In this document: in pieces, positions 19,793-30,010 of the stretch
Position numbering within the stretch: the stretch's first letter is position 1
Layout of the letters: every line of letters starts with the position of its first letter
From: an uncultured Pseudomonadota bacterium
Lineage (GTDB): Bacteria > Pseudomonadota > Alphaproteobacteria > JACZXZ01
Length of the DNA: 64,000 nucleotides
NCBI GenBank assembly: GCA_963749075.1
Contig: CAVVLJ010000014.1
Location: 1 to 64,000 of the forward strand
Reading direction: 5' to 3'
Notes under the pieces: model-generated
What the model was told of the DNA's origin: nothing
Seen by the model: only the letters and a program-made list of their open reading frames with translations
Databases searched by the model: none
Made by a program: the position numbers and the translations under genes

Positions 19793-21295
19793 GTGGCCCG
19801 CATCGCCATCGGCGGCTTTCAGCACGAGACCAATACCTTCGCGCCGTCGAAGGCGCGCTACGAGGATTTCCTCAGCCCCGGCGGCTGGCCCGGCTTGACG
19901 CGGGGCGAGGCGATCTTCGCGGCCTTCGCCGGCGTCAACATCCCGATCTCCGGTTTCATCGCGGCAGGCCGTGCCGCGGGTCACGAGCTCGTGCCGCTCG
20001 CCTGGGCCAATACGACGCCCTCCGCGCACGTCACCGGCGACGCTTACGAGCGCGTGGCCGCCATGCTGGTCACCGACCTTGCCGCGGCACTCCCCGTCGA
20101 TGCGGTCTACCTCGATCTCCACGGCGCCATGGTGACCGAGCATCTCGAGGACGGCGAGGGCGAGCTCCTCGCGCGTATCAGAGCGCTCGTCGGACCGGCG
20201 GTCCCCATCGTTGCGAGCCTCGATCTCCACGCCAACGTGACGGAGCGCATGGTCGAGGCGGCCTCGCTGCTCGTCGCCTACCGCACCTATCCCCATATCG
20301 ACATGGCGGAGACCGGCGGCCGCGCGGCCGCTCTCCTGGGTGCCATGCTCAAGACGGGGAAGCCGCCGCACAAGGCCTTCCGCAAGCTGCCCTATCTCAT
20401 CCCGCTCACCTTCCAATGCACCCTGATCGAGCCGGCGGAGAGCCTCTACCGGCTCGCCGCCGAGCTCGAGCGCGGGCCGGTCGCGAGCGTCTCCTTCGCC
20501 ACCGGCTTTCCCCTGGCGGACATCAGGGATTGCGGTCCCGCGGTCTTCGCCTATGCCATGAGCAAGGAGGCGGCGGAGCGTGCCGCGGACCATCTCGCGG
20601 GCGAATGCCTGGCGCGCGAGCGCGATTTCGCCGGCGCCTTCTGGGAGCCCGATGCAGCCGTGCAGCACGCGATGGCCACGGCGCGCGGCGCCGGACGGCC
20701 CGTGGTGCTGGCCGATACCCAGGACAATCCGGGTGCCGGCGGCGACGCCGACACCATCGGGCTTCTCGAGGCGCTCGTGCGCAACGGTGCCGAGGAGGCG
20801 GCCATCGCACTCTTCTGCGATCCCGCCGCCGCCGCTGCCGCCCATGCCGCTGGCCGCGGCGCCACCCTCACGACGGCGCTCGGCGGGCGCTCGAACCTGC
20901 CGGGCCACGGACCCTTCACGGGCGAGTTCCGCGTGGCGGCACTCGGCGACGGCAATTTCACCGCGACGGGCCCGCTCTATCTCGGTGCCCGCATGCAGCT
21001 CGGCCCCATGGCGCTCCTCGAGATCGGCGGCGTGGGCGTCGCGGTGGCGAGCCGCAAGCTGCAGGCGGCCGACCAGGAGATTTTCCGCCATCTCGGCATC
21101 GAGCCCGCGCGCATGAAGATCCTGGCGCTCAAGAGCTCCGTGCATTTCCGCGCCGACTTCCAGCCCATCGCCACGGAAGTGCTGGTGGTGGAAGCGCCCG
21201 GCCCCGCGATCGCCGACCCGACCAAGCTGCCCTTCAAGCGCTTGCGGCCGGGCGTCAGGCTCACGCCGGGAGGGCCGGCCTTCCAACCGGCATGA
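19793..21295 (+). CDS. M81-family metallopeptidase (MlrC-like)
   Basis: IGGFQHETNTF, YLDLHGAMV, DLHAN, YRTYPHIDM, DTQDNPGAGG, LKSSVHFRADF. Confidence 0.92.
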   Translation: MARIAIGGFQHETNTFAPSKARYEDFLSPGGWPGLTRGEAIFAAFAGVNIPISGFIAAGRAAGHELVPLAWANTTPSAHVTGDAYERVAAMLVTDLAAALPVDAVYLDLHGAMVTEHLEDGEGELLARIRALVGPAVPIVASLDLHANVTERMVEAASLLVAYRTYPHIDMAETGGRAAALLGAMLKTGKPPHKAFRKLPYLIPLTFQCTLIEPAESLYRLAAELERGPVASVSFATGFPLADIRDCGPAVFAYAMSKEAAERAADHLAGECLARERDFAGAFWEPDAAVQHAMATARGAGRPVVLADTQDNPGAGGDADTIGLLEALVRNGAEEAAIALFCDPAAAAAAHAAGRGATLTTALGGRSNLPGHGPFTGEFRVAALGDGNFTATGPLYLGARMQLGPMALLEIGGVGVAVASRKLQAADQEIFRHLGIEPARMKILALKSSVHFRADFQPIATEVLVVEAPGPAIADPTKLPFKRLRPGVRLTPGGPAFQPA

Positions 21296-21558
21296 GGTGG
21301 GACACCGGGGGCTGCAATCTGCGCTTCATGATTCTCCCTTAAGATGGCCGATGAGCGAGAAGGCCTCGAGGACACGCGTCGGTCGGGGCAGGTTGACGGC
21401 CGTAGCACGCTTGTCCGCTCCTAAGGCGGCGTGCTAGCCTCAACCAAAAGCTGTACGACGCAACTGGAGTGGGGCGCCGGCCATCGGCGATTGCGCGGAT
21501 TGCCGTCGTACGCGTCATTCGGCGAAGCGCGGGCGCATCGCCGCAAACCGAGGGGGGA

Positions 21559-22627
21559 ATGAAAAGATCCTGACGCTTGCCGTCGTGGGCCTGCTGTCCG
21601 CGATGGCGATCCCGCCGTCCGCGGCGACGGCCTGCACGCTGACCGGATTCGTCCGCGACAGCATCAACTTGAGCGCGGCACTCGTCAACCCGAAGGGTGT
21701 CGTGACGGGCGACCTCGATGCGACCGGCTGCAACATCGGCGTCTTCTATGGCGCCGGCGTGCACGGCACGGTGAGCGGCGCCAGCGTCCACGGCGCCAAT
21801 TATTTCGGCATCGGGCGGCGTCGTCAACGTCGTCAACTCGACCGTCTACGACATCGGCGAGATGCCGCTCAACGGCGACCAGCACGGCGTCGGGATCTAT
21901 TTCGCCTACACGACCGCCGCCACCGGCAGCATCACCGGGAACGTGCTGTGGAACTACCAGAAGGGCGGCATCGTGGTGAGCGGGCCGCTCGCCGCAGCGG
22001 TCATCGCCAACAACAGCGTGATCGGCCAGGGGCCGGTCAACTTCATCGCCCAGAACGGCATCCAGGTGGGCTACGGCGCCAAGGCCGCCATCACCGGGAA
22101 CCTTGTGGTCGGCAATTCCTACACGGGTGCCGGGGAAGCCTCGAGCGGCGGGATCATCCTGGTCGGCGGCGCCTGCTACGGCGGCAACGCGCAGGTGAAT
22201 ACAGTCGTGGCGCTGAACATTTCTGTCGGCAACGACGTTCGGCGTCTGGTTCTCCAACCTCGACGCGAGCTGCAACCCGCTCGCGACCCCGACGCTCGAC
22301 ACGGCGCAGCTCAATACGATCCGCGACAATGCGGTGAACAATACGACCGGCGACGGCCCGGGCGCCGGCTACCAGGCCGGCATCTCGGATCAGGGAGACA
22401 AGGACTCGATCCTTTCCAACAGCGTCTGCGGCATCGGCTATACGCCGGTGGCGAGCCCGCCGCCCTACCTCTTTGCGATCGACACGACCTTCACCAACAA
22501 CCCGATCGTGAAGAGCAACAAGGTGTGCTCCACCTCGACCGTCGTCACCAATGCGCTCAACGTCAATAGCGCGGTTGCCGGGCAGACGAGCCCCCAGACC
22601 GCGCCCAAGGCGTCGGCCGCGCAATAG
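21559..22627 (+). CDS. Secreted right-handed beta-helix repeat protein; frameshifts near 21563, 21812 and 22238
   Basis: RBS GAGGGGGG-AATG, signal peptide (MKKILTLAVVGLLSAMAIPP), repeated GI.V/N.I.GN turns (YQKGGIVV, IAQNGIQVGYGA) across three ORF pieces. Confidence 0.7.
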
Positions 22628-22771
22628 CGGCGAGCGCCGCCGCGCTTGCGATTTTGGTTGGGCGAGGCGGCGGACTGTGCTTCCCTCGCAAGGCATTGAG
22701 GTCTTGCGGAGGGGTGCCGTGACGGCGGCGATCGGGCGAGGGCTGCTTGCAGGGCCGCGGGGTGCCGGGCG

Positions 22772-24544
22772 TTGCTGATCCTCGGCATTCACCCGGCGTG
22801 GCATGATTCGGCTGCAGCACTCTACGACGACTACCGCCTGCTGGCCGCCGTGCAGACCGAGCGCTTGACGCGGCTCAAGGGCGACGGCGACGGCATTCCC
22901 GAGGCGGCGATCGACGAGGTGCTGGCGATCGCCGGTGCCGCGCGCGCCGACGTGGGCGCCATCGTCACGACGCGCGGGGTGTTCCCGCGGCGCCATATGC
23001 GCTGGGGCCTCATGCAAAGCGTCCGCAGGCATCTCCCCGACCGCCGGGCCAAGCGGCCCAAGTCGCTCGAGGGGCAGATGCAGGCGCGGCGCGAGCCCGA
23101 CGCCGCCAAGCTCTTCGCCGCCGAGCGCTTCCGCGCCGAGCTCGGCTTCCGTCCCGACGCCGAGGTCTATTTCTGCAACCACCACGCCGCGCACGCGCTG
23201 CCGACGCTCTTCTTCACCGATTGGGACGAGGCCCTCCTCTACACGGCCGACGGCGGCGGCGACAACGTGCAATATAGTGCGCGCCGCTTCGCCGAGGGGC
23301 GGCTCGAGGCGCTCTTCGGCGACGACCGCGAGCTCTTGGAGCCGCGGCGCATCGATAGCCTCGGCATGGCCTATGGCCTCGCCACGGCCGCCCTCGGCTT
23401 CAAGATGCTGCGCCACGAGGGGAAGCTGACGGGCTTAGCTGCGTACGGCCAGCCGCGTCTCTTCGACGAGATGGCGCGTCACTTCCGCCTCGAGGATGAC
23501 GGCCGCATCTCGAGCGGCTACGCCGACTACGGCGCCATGGCCCAGGACATCCGGCGCATGGCGGGCGAGGTCGGCCGCGAGGACATGGCCGCCTCGATCC
23601 AGAGGCTGCTCGAGGAGTTCGTGCTGCGCGCGGTCCGGCGGCTCCTGGCCCTCCACGGCGGGCGGCGCCTCGGCCTTTCCGGCGGCGTCTTCGCCAACGT
23701 GCGGCTCAATCGGCTGCTGGCGGAAGAGACGGGCGTCGAGGAGGTCTTCGTTTTCCCGGCGATGGGCGACGAGGGGCTGGCTGCCGGCGGCCCGCTCGAG
23801 TTCCTCCTCGCGCGCGACGGCCTCCCGGCCTGGCTCGGCAGGCGCTATCGGCTCGAGAGCGTGTCGCTTGGCCGCGATTATGCGCAAGGCATGGGCGAGA
23901 CGCTCAAGGCTGCCGGCTTCGCGGCCTTGCCGGGAGCGCCGGCAGCGGTGACCGCCCGGCTGCTCGCCGATGGAGAGGTCGGGGCGCTTTACGTGGGCGC
24001 CATGGAATATGGCCCGCGCGCGCTCGGCAACCGCTCGATCTTAGCGAGCCCGGCCGACCACGCCATCAACGAGAGCCTGAACGAGCGGCTCGAGCGCAGC
24101 GAGTTCATGCCCTTTGCCCCGGTGGTGGCGGAAGAGGACGCCGCGGATGTCTTCGAGATATCGGCGGTCAATCGCTACGCCGCCCGCTTCATGACCATCA
24201 CCTGCGCGGTGCGGCCGCACTGGCGGGCGCGGATCCCGGCGGTCGTCCACGTCGACGGCACGGCGCGGCCGCAGCTCGTGGAGCGCCGGCAGAATCCCCT
24301 CTATTACGAGATCCTGCAGCGCTTCAAGGAGCTCAGCGGGCTGCCGGTACTGGTCAACACCAGCTTCAACGTCCACGAGGAGCCCATCGTCAACTCGCCC
24401 GAGGACTGCCTGCGCGCGCTCAGCGACGGCCGCATCGACTTCGTGACGACCGCCGAGGCCGTCCATCCCGGTGCCCGGCTTGCGAGCCGCCTCGGCGCGT
24501 CCGCCGCGGCGGGCTCGAGCGCGCGCCACCCGATTCGGGCCTGA
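22772..24544 (+). CDS. Carbamoyltransferase (NodU/CmcH/TobZ family)
   Basis: HDSAAAL, ERLTRLK, NHHAAHA, EGKLTGLAAYG, GGVFANVRLN, EYGPRALGNRSILA, VHVDGTARPQ, NTSFNVHEEPIV. Confidence 0.93.
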   Translation: MLILGIHPAWHDSAAALYDDYRLLAAVQTERLTRLKGDGDGIPEAAIDEVLAIAGAARADVGAIVTTRGVFPRRHMRWGLMQSVRRHLPDRRAKRPKSLEGQMQARREPDAAKLFAAERFRAELGFRPDAEVYFCNHHAAHALPTLFFTDWDEALLYTADGGGDNVQYSARRFAEGRLEALFGDDRELLEPRRIDSLGMAYGLATAALGFKMLRHEGKLTGLAAYGQPRLFDEMARHFRLEDDGRISSGYADYGAMAQDIRRMAGEVGREDMAASIQRLLEEFVLRAVRRLLALHGGRRLGLSGGVFANVRLNRLLAEETGVEEVFVFPAMGDEGLAAGGPLEFLLARDGLPAWLGRRYRLESVSLGRDYAQGMGETLKAAGFAALPGAPAAVTARLLADGEVGALYVGAMEYGPRALGNRSILASPADHAINESLNERLERSEFMPFAPVVAEEDAADVFEISAVNRYAARFMTITCAVRPHWRARIPAVVHVDGTARPQLVERRQNPLYYEILQRFKELSGLPVLVNTSFNVHEEPIVNSPEDCLRALSDGRIDFVTTAEAVHPGARLASRLGASAAAGSSARHPIRA

Positions 24545-24562
24545 ACGGCGCTCGAGCCGCGC

Positions 24563-25870
24563 TCAGTGCGCCGAGCGCGCGGCGGCCTCCCCCGGTTCCC
24601 TGCCGGCCAGCGCCGTGTGGTGCGCCTTGCGCACCGGTTTGAGAACGAGGAGCGCCGCGATTCCGGCCACCAGGTTCATGACCGCCGCGAGCATGAAGAC
24701 TGCGTGCCAGCCGCCGCTGCTCTTCGAGAGCACGCTCGCCAGCGGCACGAGGAGGGAGCCCGTGCCCTTCGCCGTATAGAGGAGACCGGCATTGGTGGTG
24801 GCGTATTGCGGCCCGAAGGCATCGGTGCAGGTGGCCGGGAAGAGGCTGAAGATCTCGCCCCAGGTGAAGAAGCTCATGCCGCAGAAGATGACGAAGAACA
24901 CCGGCTCATGTCCCAGCATGCTCAGGCCCCACATGCTGACGGCACCGATTGAGAACACCACGAACATGGTGTTCTCGCGCCCGACGCGGTCGGAGACCCA
25001 GCCGAAGAACGGACGGGCCAGCCCGTTGAGCACGTTGTCGATCGATATCGCGACCACGAGCGTCGGTCCGACCAGGCCGAGGATGTTGACGGGCACCTTG
25101 GCGATCTTGAAGTCCTTGGCGATGGGTGCGATCTGCGCCGCCATCATGAGGCCGCTCGCGGCCATCATGACGAAGAGCACGTAGAGCACCCAGAAGAGCG
25201 GCGAGCGCAGCATCTCGAATGGCGTCGCGCTGCGGCTGACCTGGGCCAACCGGCGCTGCGCCGGTGCCGGCGCCTCGCCCGGACGAGGTGCCATGAGGAA
25301 GAACGAGAGGATCAGCACAATGGCGCCCTGACCGAGGCCGAACCAGAAGAAGGCGGTCTCGTAGCCGCTCGTCTGGATAAGGTACTGGATGGGAATGACG
25401 GTGAGAGCGGCACCCGCGCCGAAGCCGGCGGCCGTGATGCCGGCGGCGAGGCCGCGGCGGTCGGCGAACCACTTGAGCGCGTTGCCGACGCAGGTGCCGT
25501 AGATGGCGCCGGCACCGACGCCGCCGACGATGGCGCCGAGGTAGAGCAGCTCGAGCGAGGTTGCCAGCGAGTTGATCGTCCAGGCGACGGCGACCAGCAC
25601 GCCGCCCACGGCGACGACCACGCGCGGTCCGAAGCGGTCGACGAACCAGCCCTCGATCGGCACCAGCCAGGTCTCGGTCAGCACGAAGAGGCTGAAGGCG
25701 ACCTGGATGTCGGCTCGGCCCCAATGGTATTTCGCGTCGATGGGATTGACGAAGAGCGTCCAGCCATATTGCAGGTTGGCGATCATGACCATGCAGACGA
25801 CGCCGACGAGCAGCTGGAACCATCGGCTGCTGGCGGGGCGTTGCTCGAGCGCGAATCGTACTTGCGACAT
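24563..25870 (-). CDS. oxlT: Oxalate/formate MFS antiporter
   Basis: RWFQLLVGVVCMVMIANLQYGWTLFVNPI, YGTCVGNALKWF, LYTAKG. Confidence 0.9.
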   Translation of the reverse strand: MSQVRFALEQRPASSRWFQLLVGVVCMVMIANLQYGWTLFVNPIDAKYHWGRADIQVAFSLFVLTETWLVPIEGWFVDRFGPRVVVAVGGVLVAVAWTINSLATSLELLYLGAIVGGVGAGAIYGTCVGNALKWFADRRGLAAGITAAGFGAGAALTVIPIQYLIQTSGYETAFFWFGLGQGAIVLILSFFLMAPRPGEAPAPAQRRLAQVSRSATPFEMLRSPLFWVLYVLFVMMAASGLMMAAQIAPIAKDFKIAKVPVNILGLVGPTLVVAISIDNVLNGLARPFFGWVSDRVGRENTMFVVFSIGAVSMWGLSMLGHEPVFFVIFCGMSFFTWGEIFSLFPATCTDAFGPQYATTNAGLLYTAKGTGSLLVPLASVLSKSSGGWHAVFMLAAVMNLVAGIAALLVLKPVRKAHHTALAGREPGEAAARSAH

Positions 25871-26009
25871 CTTGGGCGTCTCCTCCTGGTACGTTTTTTA
25901 TCTTCGTTCTTTGGGCGCCTTGGCTCGGTGCCGCTTGCGGCCGAGTGGCACGTGGGGCTGGGCCACCTGCAAGCGGCGCGTGAGCCTGGCGCGTTAAAAG
26001 ACTAACCTA

Positions 26010-26024
26010 ACTTGTAATATAAGT
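26010..26024. promoter_or_regulatory. Near-palindromic operator candidate upstream of oxlT
   Basis: ACTTGTAATATAAGT versus its reverse complement ACTTATATTACAAGT, inside an AT-rich patch. Confidence 0.4.
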
Positions 26025-26112
26025 GTAGAAAAATTCGCGCACGCGCCTCGGCGCAAGCTCCCAGCCGTAGCATTCTCGGCGCCGGACGTGGCCGCCGGCC
26101 GGACGAAGGCGC

Positions 26113-26556
26113 TCAGCGTTGCTCGACGAGCGCCGAGCGGCTGTCCTCCGCGTGGCGCGGCAGCCCGTCGCTCATGACGAGCCAGGGGATACGGTCGGGC
26201 TCGTAGACGTGGCGGTCCGGCGCCACGCGCTCGGGATGGTCGAGGCTGCCGGCCGTCACGTCGACATGGCGCGGGTATCTCGTCGAGGTGAAGAAGAGCG
26301 GCGTGCCGCAGGTCGGGCAAAAGGCGCGCCGTCCGTGGTCGGAGGATTGGTACCAACTGGGCGTGCCCTTTGTGACGGCGAGGCCCTGAGTCTTGAGCGT
26401 GAGCCACGTCACCATCGGAGCGCCCGCGGCGCGGCGGCACATGCTGCAATGGCAGTGGCCGATATGGTGCGGCGCCGAGGCGATGCGGTAGCGGATGCCG
26501 CCGCAGAGGCAGCCGCCGTCGAGCTCCGGCGGGGCGTCACGCGATGCGGCAGCCAT
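26113..26556 (-). CDS. GFA-family (CENP-V/GFA) Zn protein
   Basis: GGCLCGGIRY, HCHCSMCRR, RAFCPTCGTPL. Confidence 0.92.
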   Translation of the reverse strand: MAAASRDAPPELDGGCLCGGIRYRIASAPHHIGHCHCSMCRRAAGAPMVTWLTLKTQGLAVTKGTPSWYQSSDHGRRAFCPTCGTPLFFTSTRYPRHVDVTAGSLDHPERVAPDRHVYEPDRIPWLVMSDGLPRHAEDSRSALVEQR

Positions 26557-26591
26557 GATGTCCTCCCCAAGTTCGTGGCAGCACTTCTGCT

Positions 26592-27365
26592 TCAGTCCTT
26601 GAGACTGCACCACACCGGCGTGTGGTCCGAGGCGCGCTCCCAGCCGCGCGGCCCGCGGTCGATGTCAGAGGCCTCGAGGCGGTCGGCCGCCTGGGGCGAC
26701 AGCAGCAGGTGGTCGATGCGCAGCCCCTCGTCGCGCGGCCAGCGCCCGGCCTGATAGTCCCAAAAGGAGTAGCGGTGCGGCTCCGGGTGGAGGGCGCGGA
26801 AGGCGTCCGTCAGGCCGAGGTAGAGGAGGGCGCGCAGCTGCCGGCGGCTCTCGGGCCGGCAGAGCGCGTCGTCCTGCCAGGCGACGGGGTCGTAGACGTC
26901 GGCGTCCGTGGGCGCCACGTTGTAGTCGCCGCCCAGCACGAAGGCCTCCTCGAGGCTCATGAGCCCGGCCACGTGGGCGCGCAGCCGCTCGAGCCAGCGC
27001 AGCTTGTAGGGGAATTTGTCGCTCTCGACCGGATTGCCGTTGGGGAGATAGAGGGAGGCCACGCGGAGCGTGCCCACGAGCGCCTCCAGGTAGCGCGCCT
27101 GGCCGTCCTCGGCATCGCCGGGCAGCGCTCTCAGCTCCACTTCGATCGGCCGCTTCGCGAGGATGGCGACGCCGTTGTAGCTCTTCTGACCGGCCACCGC
27201 CGTGTTGTAGCCGAGGTCCTCGATCTCGAGGGCGGGAAAATCCGCCGTCTGCACCTTGATCTCCTGGAGCAGCACGATGTCCGGCCGCGCCTCCTTGAGC
27301 CAGCGCAACAGGTTGGGCAGGCGGGCCTTGACCGAATTGACGTTCCAGGTGGCGAGCTTGGGCAC
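26592..27365 (-). CDS. xth: Exodeoxyribonuclease III
   Basis: LATWNVNS, LQEIK, GQKSYNGVA, YLPNGNP, GLRIDH, SDHTPV. Confidence 0.96.
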   Translation of the reverse strand: MPKLATWNVNSVKARLPNLLRWLKEARPDIVLLQEIKVQTADFPALEIEDLGYNTAVAGQKSYNGVAILAKRPIEVELRALPGDAEDGQARYLEALVGTLRVASLYLPNGNPVESDKFPYKLRWLERLRAHVAGLMSLEEAFVLGGDYNVAPTDADVYDPVAWQDDALCRPESRRQLRALLYLGLTDAFRALHPEPHRYSFWDYQAGRWPRDEGLRIDHLLLSPQAADRLEASDIDRGPRGWERASDHTPVWCSLKD

Positions 27366-27510
27366 GGGGCCGCTCCGCTCAGTCTTGCCGAGCGCCGAAA
27401 GACGCGTCTCTTCTCATAGCATGATTCGCTGCCTGCTACGGCCGTGCTCGCGGTGGAAATTTTCTCAAGCGTCGCGTGAGTTTTCCCGGCCGCGCGGACC
27501 GACCTCCGCC

Positions 27511-27840
27511 TCACACCGAGAACGAGCTGCCGCAGCCGCAGGACGAGGTGGCGTTGGGATTGCGGATCTTGAAATAGGCGCCGAGCAGGTCCTCGACGAA
27601 GTCGACCTCGGCGCCCTTGAGGAACTCGAGCGAGACCTCGTCGACCACCACGCGCGCGGCACCCCGCTCGAAGACCCTGTCGTCCGCGTTGCGCGCGTCG
27701 TCGAAGCTGAAGGCGTATTGGAAGCCGGCGCAGCCGCCGCCCGAAACGCTGATGCGCATGCCGAGCGCCGCGTTGTCCTCGGCCGCCAGCAGCGCCGCGA
27801 TGCGCTGAGCGGCGCTCTCGCTGATCGATACTTGCGCCAT
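27511..27840 (-). CDS. erpA: Fe-S cluster insertion protein ErpA (HesB/IscA family)
   Basis: GGGCAGFQY, NPNATSSCGCGSSF. Confidence 0.93.
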   Translation of the reverse strand: MAQVSISESAAQRIAALLAAEDNAALGMRISVSGGGCAGFQYAFSFDDARNADDRVFERGAARVVVDEVSLEFLKGAEVDFVEDLLGAYFKIRNPNATSSCGCGSSFSV

Positions 27841-28045
27841 GTCCGTCACGCTCACGCGTTGCGCCCCGATAGATGCGTCCGGCTCCTATTTAGCCCCTCG
27901 GCGGACTTTGTCAATCGCGCGCGGCAGCGGCAGGCGGTCCCGCCGTGCCCCACTTTTGTCACGGCGGAAGCCCAATTTTGGCCCATTCGCCCACTACATG
28001 CGCTTCAACCGACAACCTCTTTGCAGGCATGGAAGGAGGCCCGCG

Positions 28046-28546
28046 ATGAAGAAGTTGCTAGGAGTGGCGCTATCGGCCGGCCTATTGGGCCTGGCCGGAG
28101 CGGCCTTGCCGGGTGCGGCAATGGCGCAGAACGCGATCCCCTCTGTCGTGAGGTCAGAGACCGATGCGGCTGTCAACGCCGTCCAGGAGCAGGCGCGCGC
28201 GGCAGCCGAGCCCGGGCGCCAGGGAGACATCGCCTATACGAGCGGCGGCGTCGGCGACGAAGGGCTCGCCCATATGCGGGCGATCGAGAGCGGCTATAAC
28301 CTGCGGCTGCTCTTCGCCGTCAAGGGCTCGGGCGAGTATCTCGCCAACGTGCACGTGCGGCTCGTCGACAAGAGCGGCAATACCGTCCTCGATACGGTGT
28401 CCCAAGGGCCCTATTTCTTCGCCAACGTGAGGCCCGGCCGCTACCGGGTCGTCGCCGAGAGCGAGGGCCGGCCGATCAGGCGGACCGTCGACGTGGGCGG
28501 AACGGGTGCCGTCTCGCGGGCGCTCTACTGGCAACACACCGGTTGA
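28046..28546 (+). CDS. Secreted protein with carboxypeptidase-regulatory-like (transthyretin-type) domain
   Basis: RBS AAGGAGG, signal peptide MKKLLGVALSAG, YTSGGVGDE...YNLRLLFA..GEYLANV...GPYFFA..PGRY. Confidence 0.75.
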   Translation: MKKLLGVALSAGLLGLAGAALPGAAMAQNAIPSVVRSETDAAVNAVQEQARAAAEPGRQGDIAYTSGGVGDEGLAHMRAIESGYNLRLLFAVKGSGEYLANVHVRLVDKSGNTVLDTVSQGPYFFANVRPGRYRVVAESEGRPIRRTVDVGGTGAVSRALYWQHTG

Positions 28547-28604
28547 CGCCGGCATCACGCCCCCCTCACTCGCTCCTCCCTCGAGGGGGAGAGGCATCGC
28601 CTAT

Positions 28605-28723
28605 GGCCGCCTCGCCCTTCGAGACGCGCGCTGCGCGCGCTCCTCAGGGTGAGGCGGCCCCTACGTTTGGCGAATTTCCTCATCCTGAGGAGGGCCGCAG
28701 GCCCGTCTCGAAGGATGAGGAAA
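28605..28723. repeat. Bipartite palindromic repeat (CCTTCGAGACGCG...CTCCTCAGGGTGAGG / CCTCATCCTGAGGAG...GTCTCGAAGGATGAGG)
   Basis: Two inverted hairpin units; a degenerate C/G-rich hairpin also lies at 28561-28594. Confidence 0.8.
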
Positions 28724-28832
28724 TCCGTTCGGCGCCAGATGCGATGCCCCTGCCTGAAGGGAGCGGCGGGGGACCGGTGCAAGCGCCGCCCGCCGCATTG
28801 CCCAGCACATCCGGCGCCTGTAGGGTGGCGCC

Positions 28833-30002
28833 ATGGCGCGCGCCTCTCTCGCCCCTTACGCCTGCGATCCCGCCAGGAGCCGCGGCCGGCTCGTGACCGA
28901 GCCGGAGAGCGCCACCCGCACGCCGCATCAGCGCGACCGCGACCGCATCATCCACTCGGCCGCCTTCCGCCGCCTCAAATACAAGACCCAGGTCTTCGTC
29001 TTCCACGAGGGCGACTACTACCGCACGCGCCTCACCCACAGCCTCGAGGTGGCGCAGATCGCGCGCTCGATCGCGCGCGCGCTCGACCTCAACGAGGATT
29101 TGGCCGAGGCGCTGGCATTGGCCCACGACCTCGGCCATCCGCCCTTCGGCCACGCCGGCGAGGAGGCGCTCGAGGAGGCCATGAAGGATTTCGGCGGCTT
29201 CGACCACAATGCGCAGACGCTGCGCATCCTGACCAAGCTCGAGCAGCGCTACGCCGAGTTCGACGGGCTCAACCTCACCTGGGAGACGCTCGAGGGGGTG
29301 GTGAAGCACAACGGCCCGCTCCTCGGCGACAACGCCAAGGGGCCGCTGCCGGAAGCCATTGCCGAGTACAACGCGCGGCACGACCTCGAGCTCGCCAGCT
29401 GGCCCTCGGCGGAGGCGCAGGTGGCCGCCCTCTCCGACGACATCGCCTATAACAACCACGACATCGACGACGGCTTGCGCGCCGGCGTCTTCGCCGTCGA
29501 GGACTTGGAGAGCATCCCGCTCGTCGGACCCACCTTCAAGGCGGTGGCGGAGCGCTATCCCGGCCTCGAGCGCGCGCGGCTCATCCACGAGGCGATCCGC
29601 CGCCTCATCGACCACATGGTCAACGACCTCCTGGCCGAGACGCGCCGGCGGCTGGCCGCGGCCAAGCCGCGCGACGCGGCGGACATCCGCGCACACGGCC
29701 GCGCCGTCGTTGCCTTTTCCGACGACATGCGCGAGAACGACCGCGCCCTCCGCAGCTTCCTCTTCAAGCGCATGTACCGCCACTTCCGCGTCAACCGCAT
29801 GACCAGCAAGGCCCGCCGCGTGGTGGGCGAGCTCTTCCGCCTCTTCCTCGCCGAGCCGGAATGCCTGCCGACCGAGTGGCAGGCGCTCGCCGAGGGAAAG
29901 GGTGCGGCGAGAACGGCGCGCGTCGTGACCGACTACATCGCCGGCATGACGGACCGCTATGCGCTCGACGAGCACCGCCGCCTCTTCGACGTGCATGCGT
30001 GA
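28833..30002 (+). CDS. dgt: Deoxyguanosinetriphosphate triphosphohydrolase
   Basis: [49 protein letters not shown]. Confidence 0.96.
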   Translation: MARASLAPYACDPARSRGRLVTEPESATRTPHQRDRDRIIHSAAFRRLKYKTQVFVFHEGDYYRTRLTHSLEVAQIARSIARALDLNEDLAEALALAHDLGHPPFGHAGEEALEEAMKDFGGFDHNAQTLRILTKLEQRYAEFDGLNLTWETLEGVVKHNGPLLGDNAKGPLPEAIAEYNARHDLELASWPSAEAQVAALSDDIAYNNHDIDDGLRAGVFAVEDLESIPLVGPTFKAVAERYPGLERARLIHEAIRRLIDHMVNDLLAETRRRLAAAKPRDAADIRAHGRAVVAFSDDMRENDRALRSFLFKRMYRHFRVNRMTSKARRVVGELFRLFLAEPECLPTEWQALAEGKGAARTARVVTDYIAGMTDRYALDEHRRLFDVHA

Positions 30003-30010
30003 TCGTAAAA

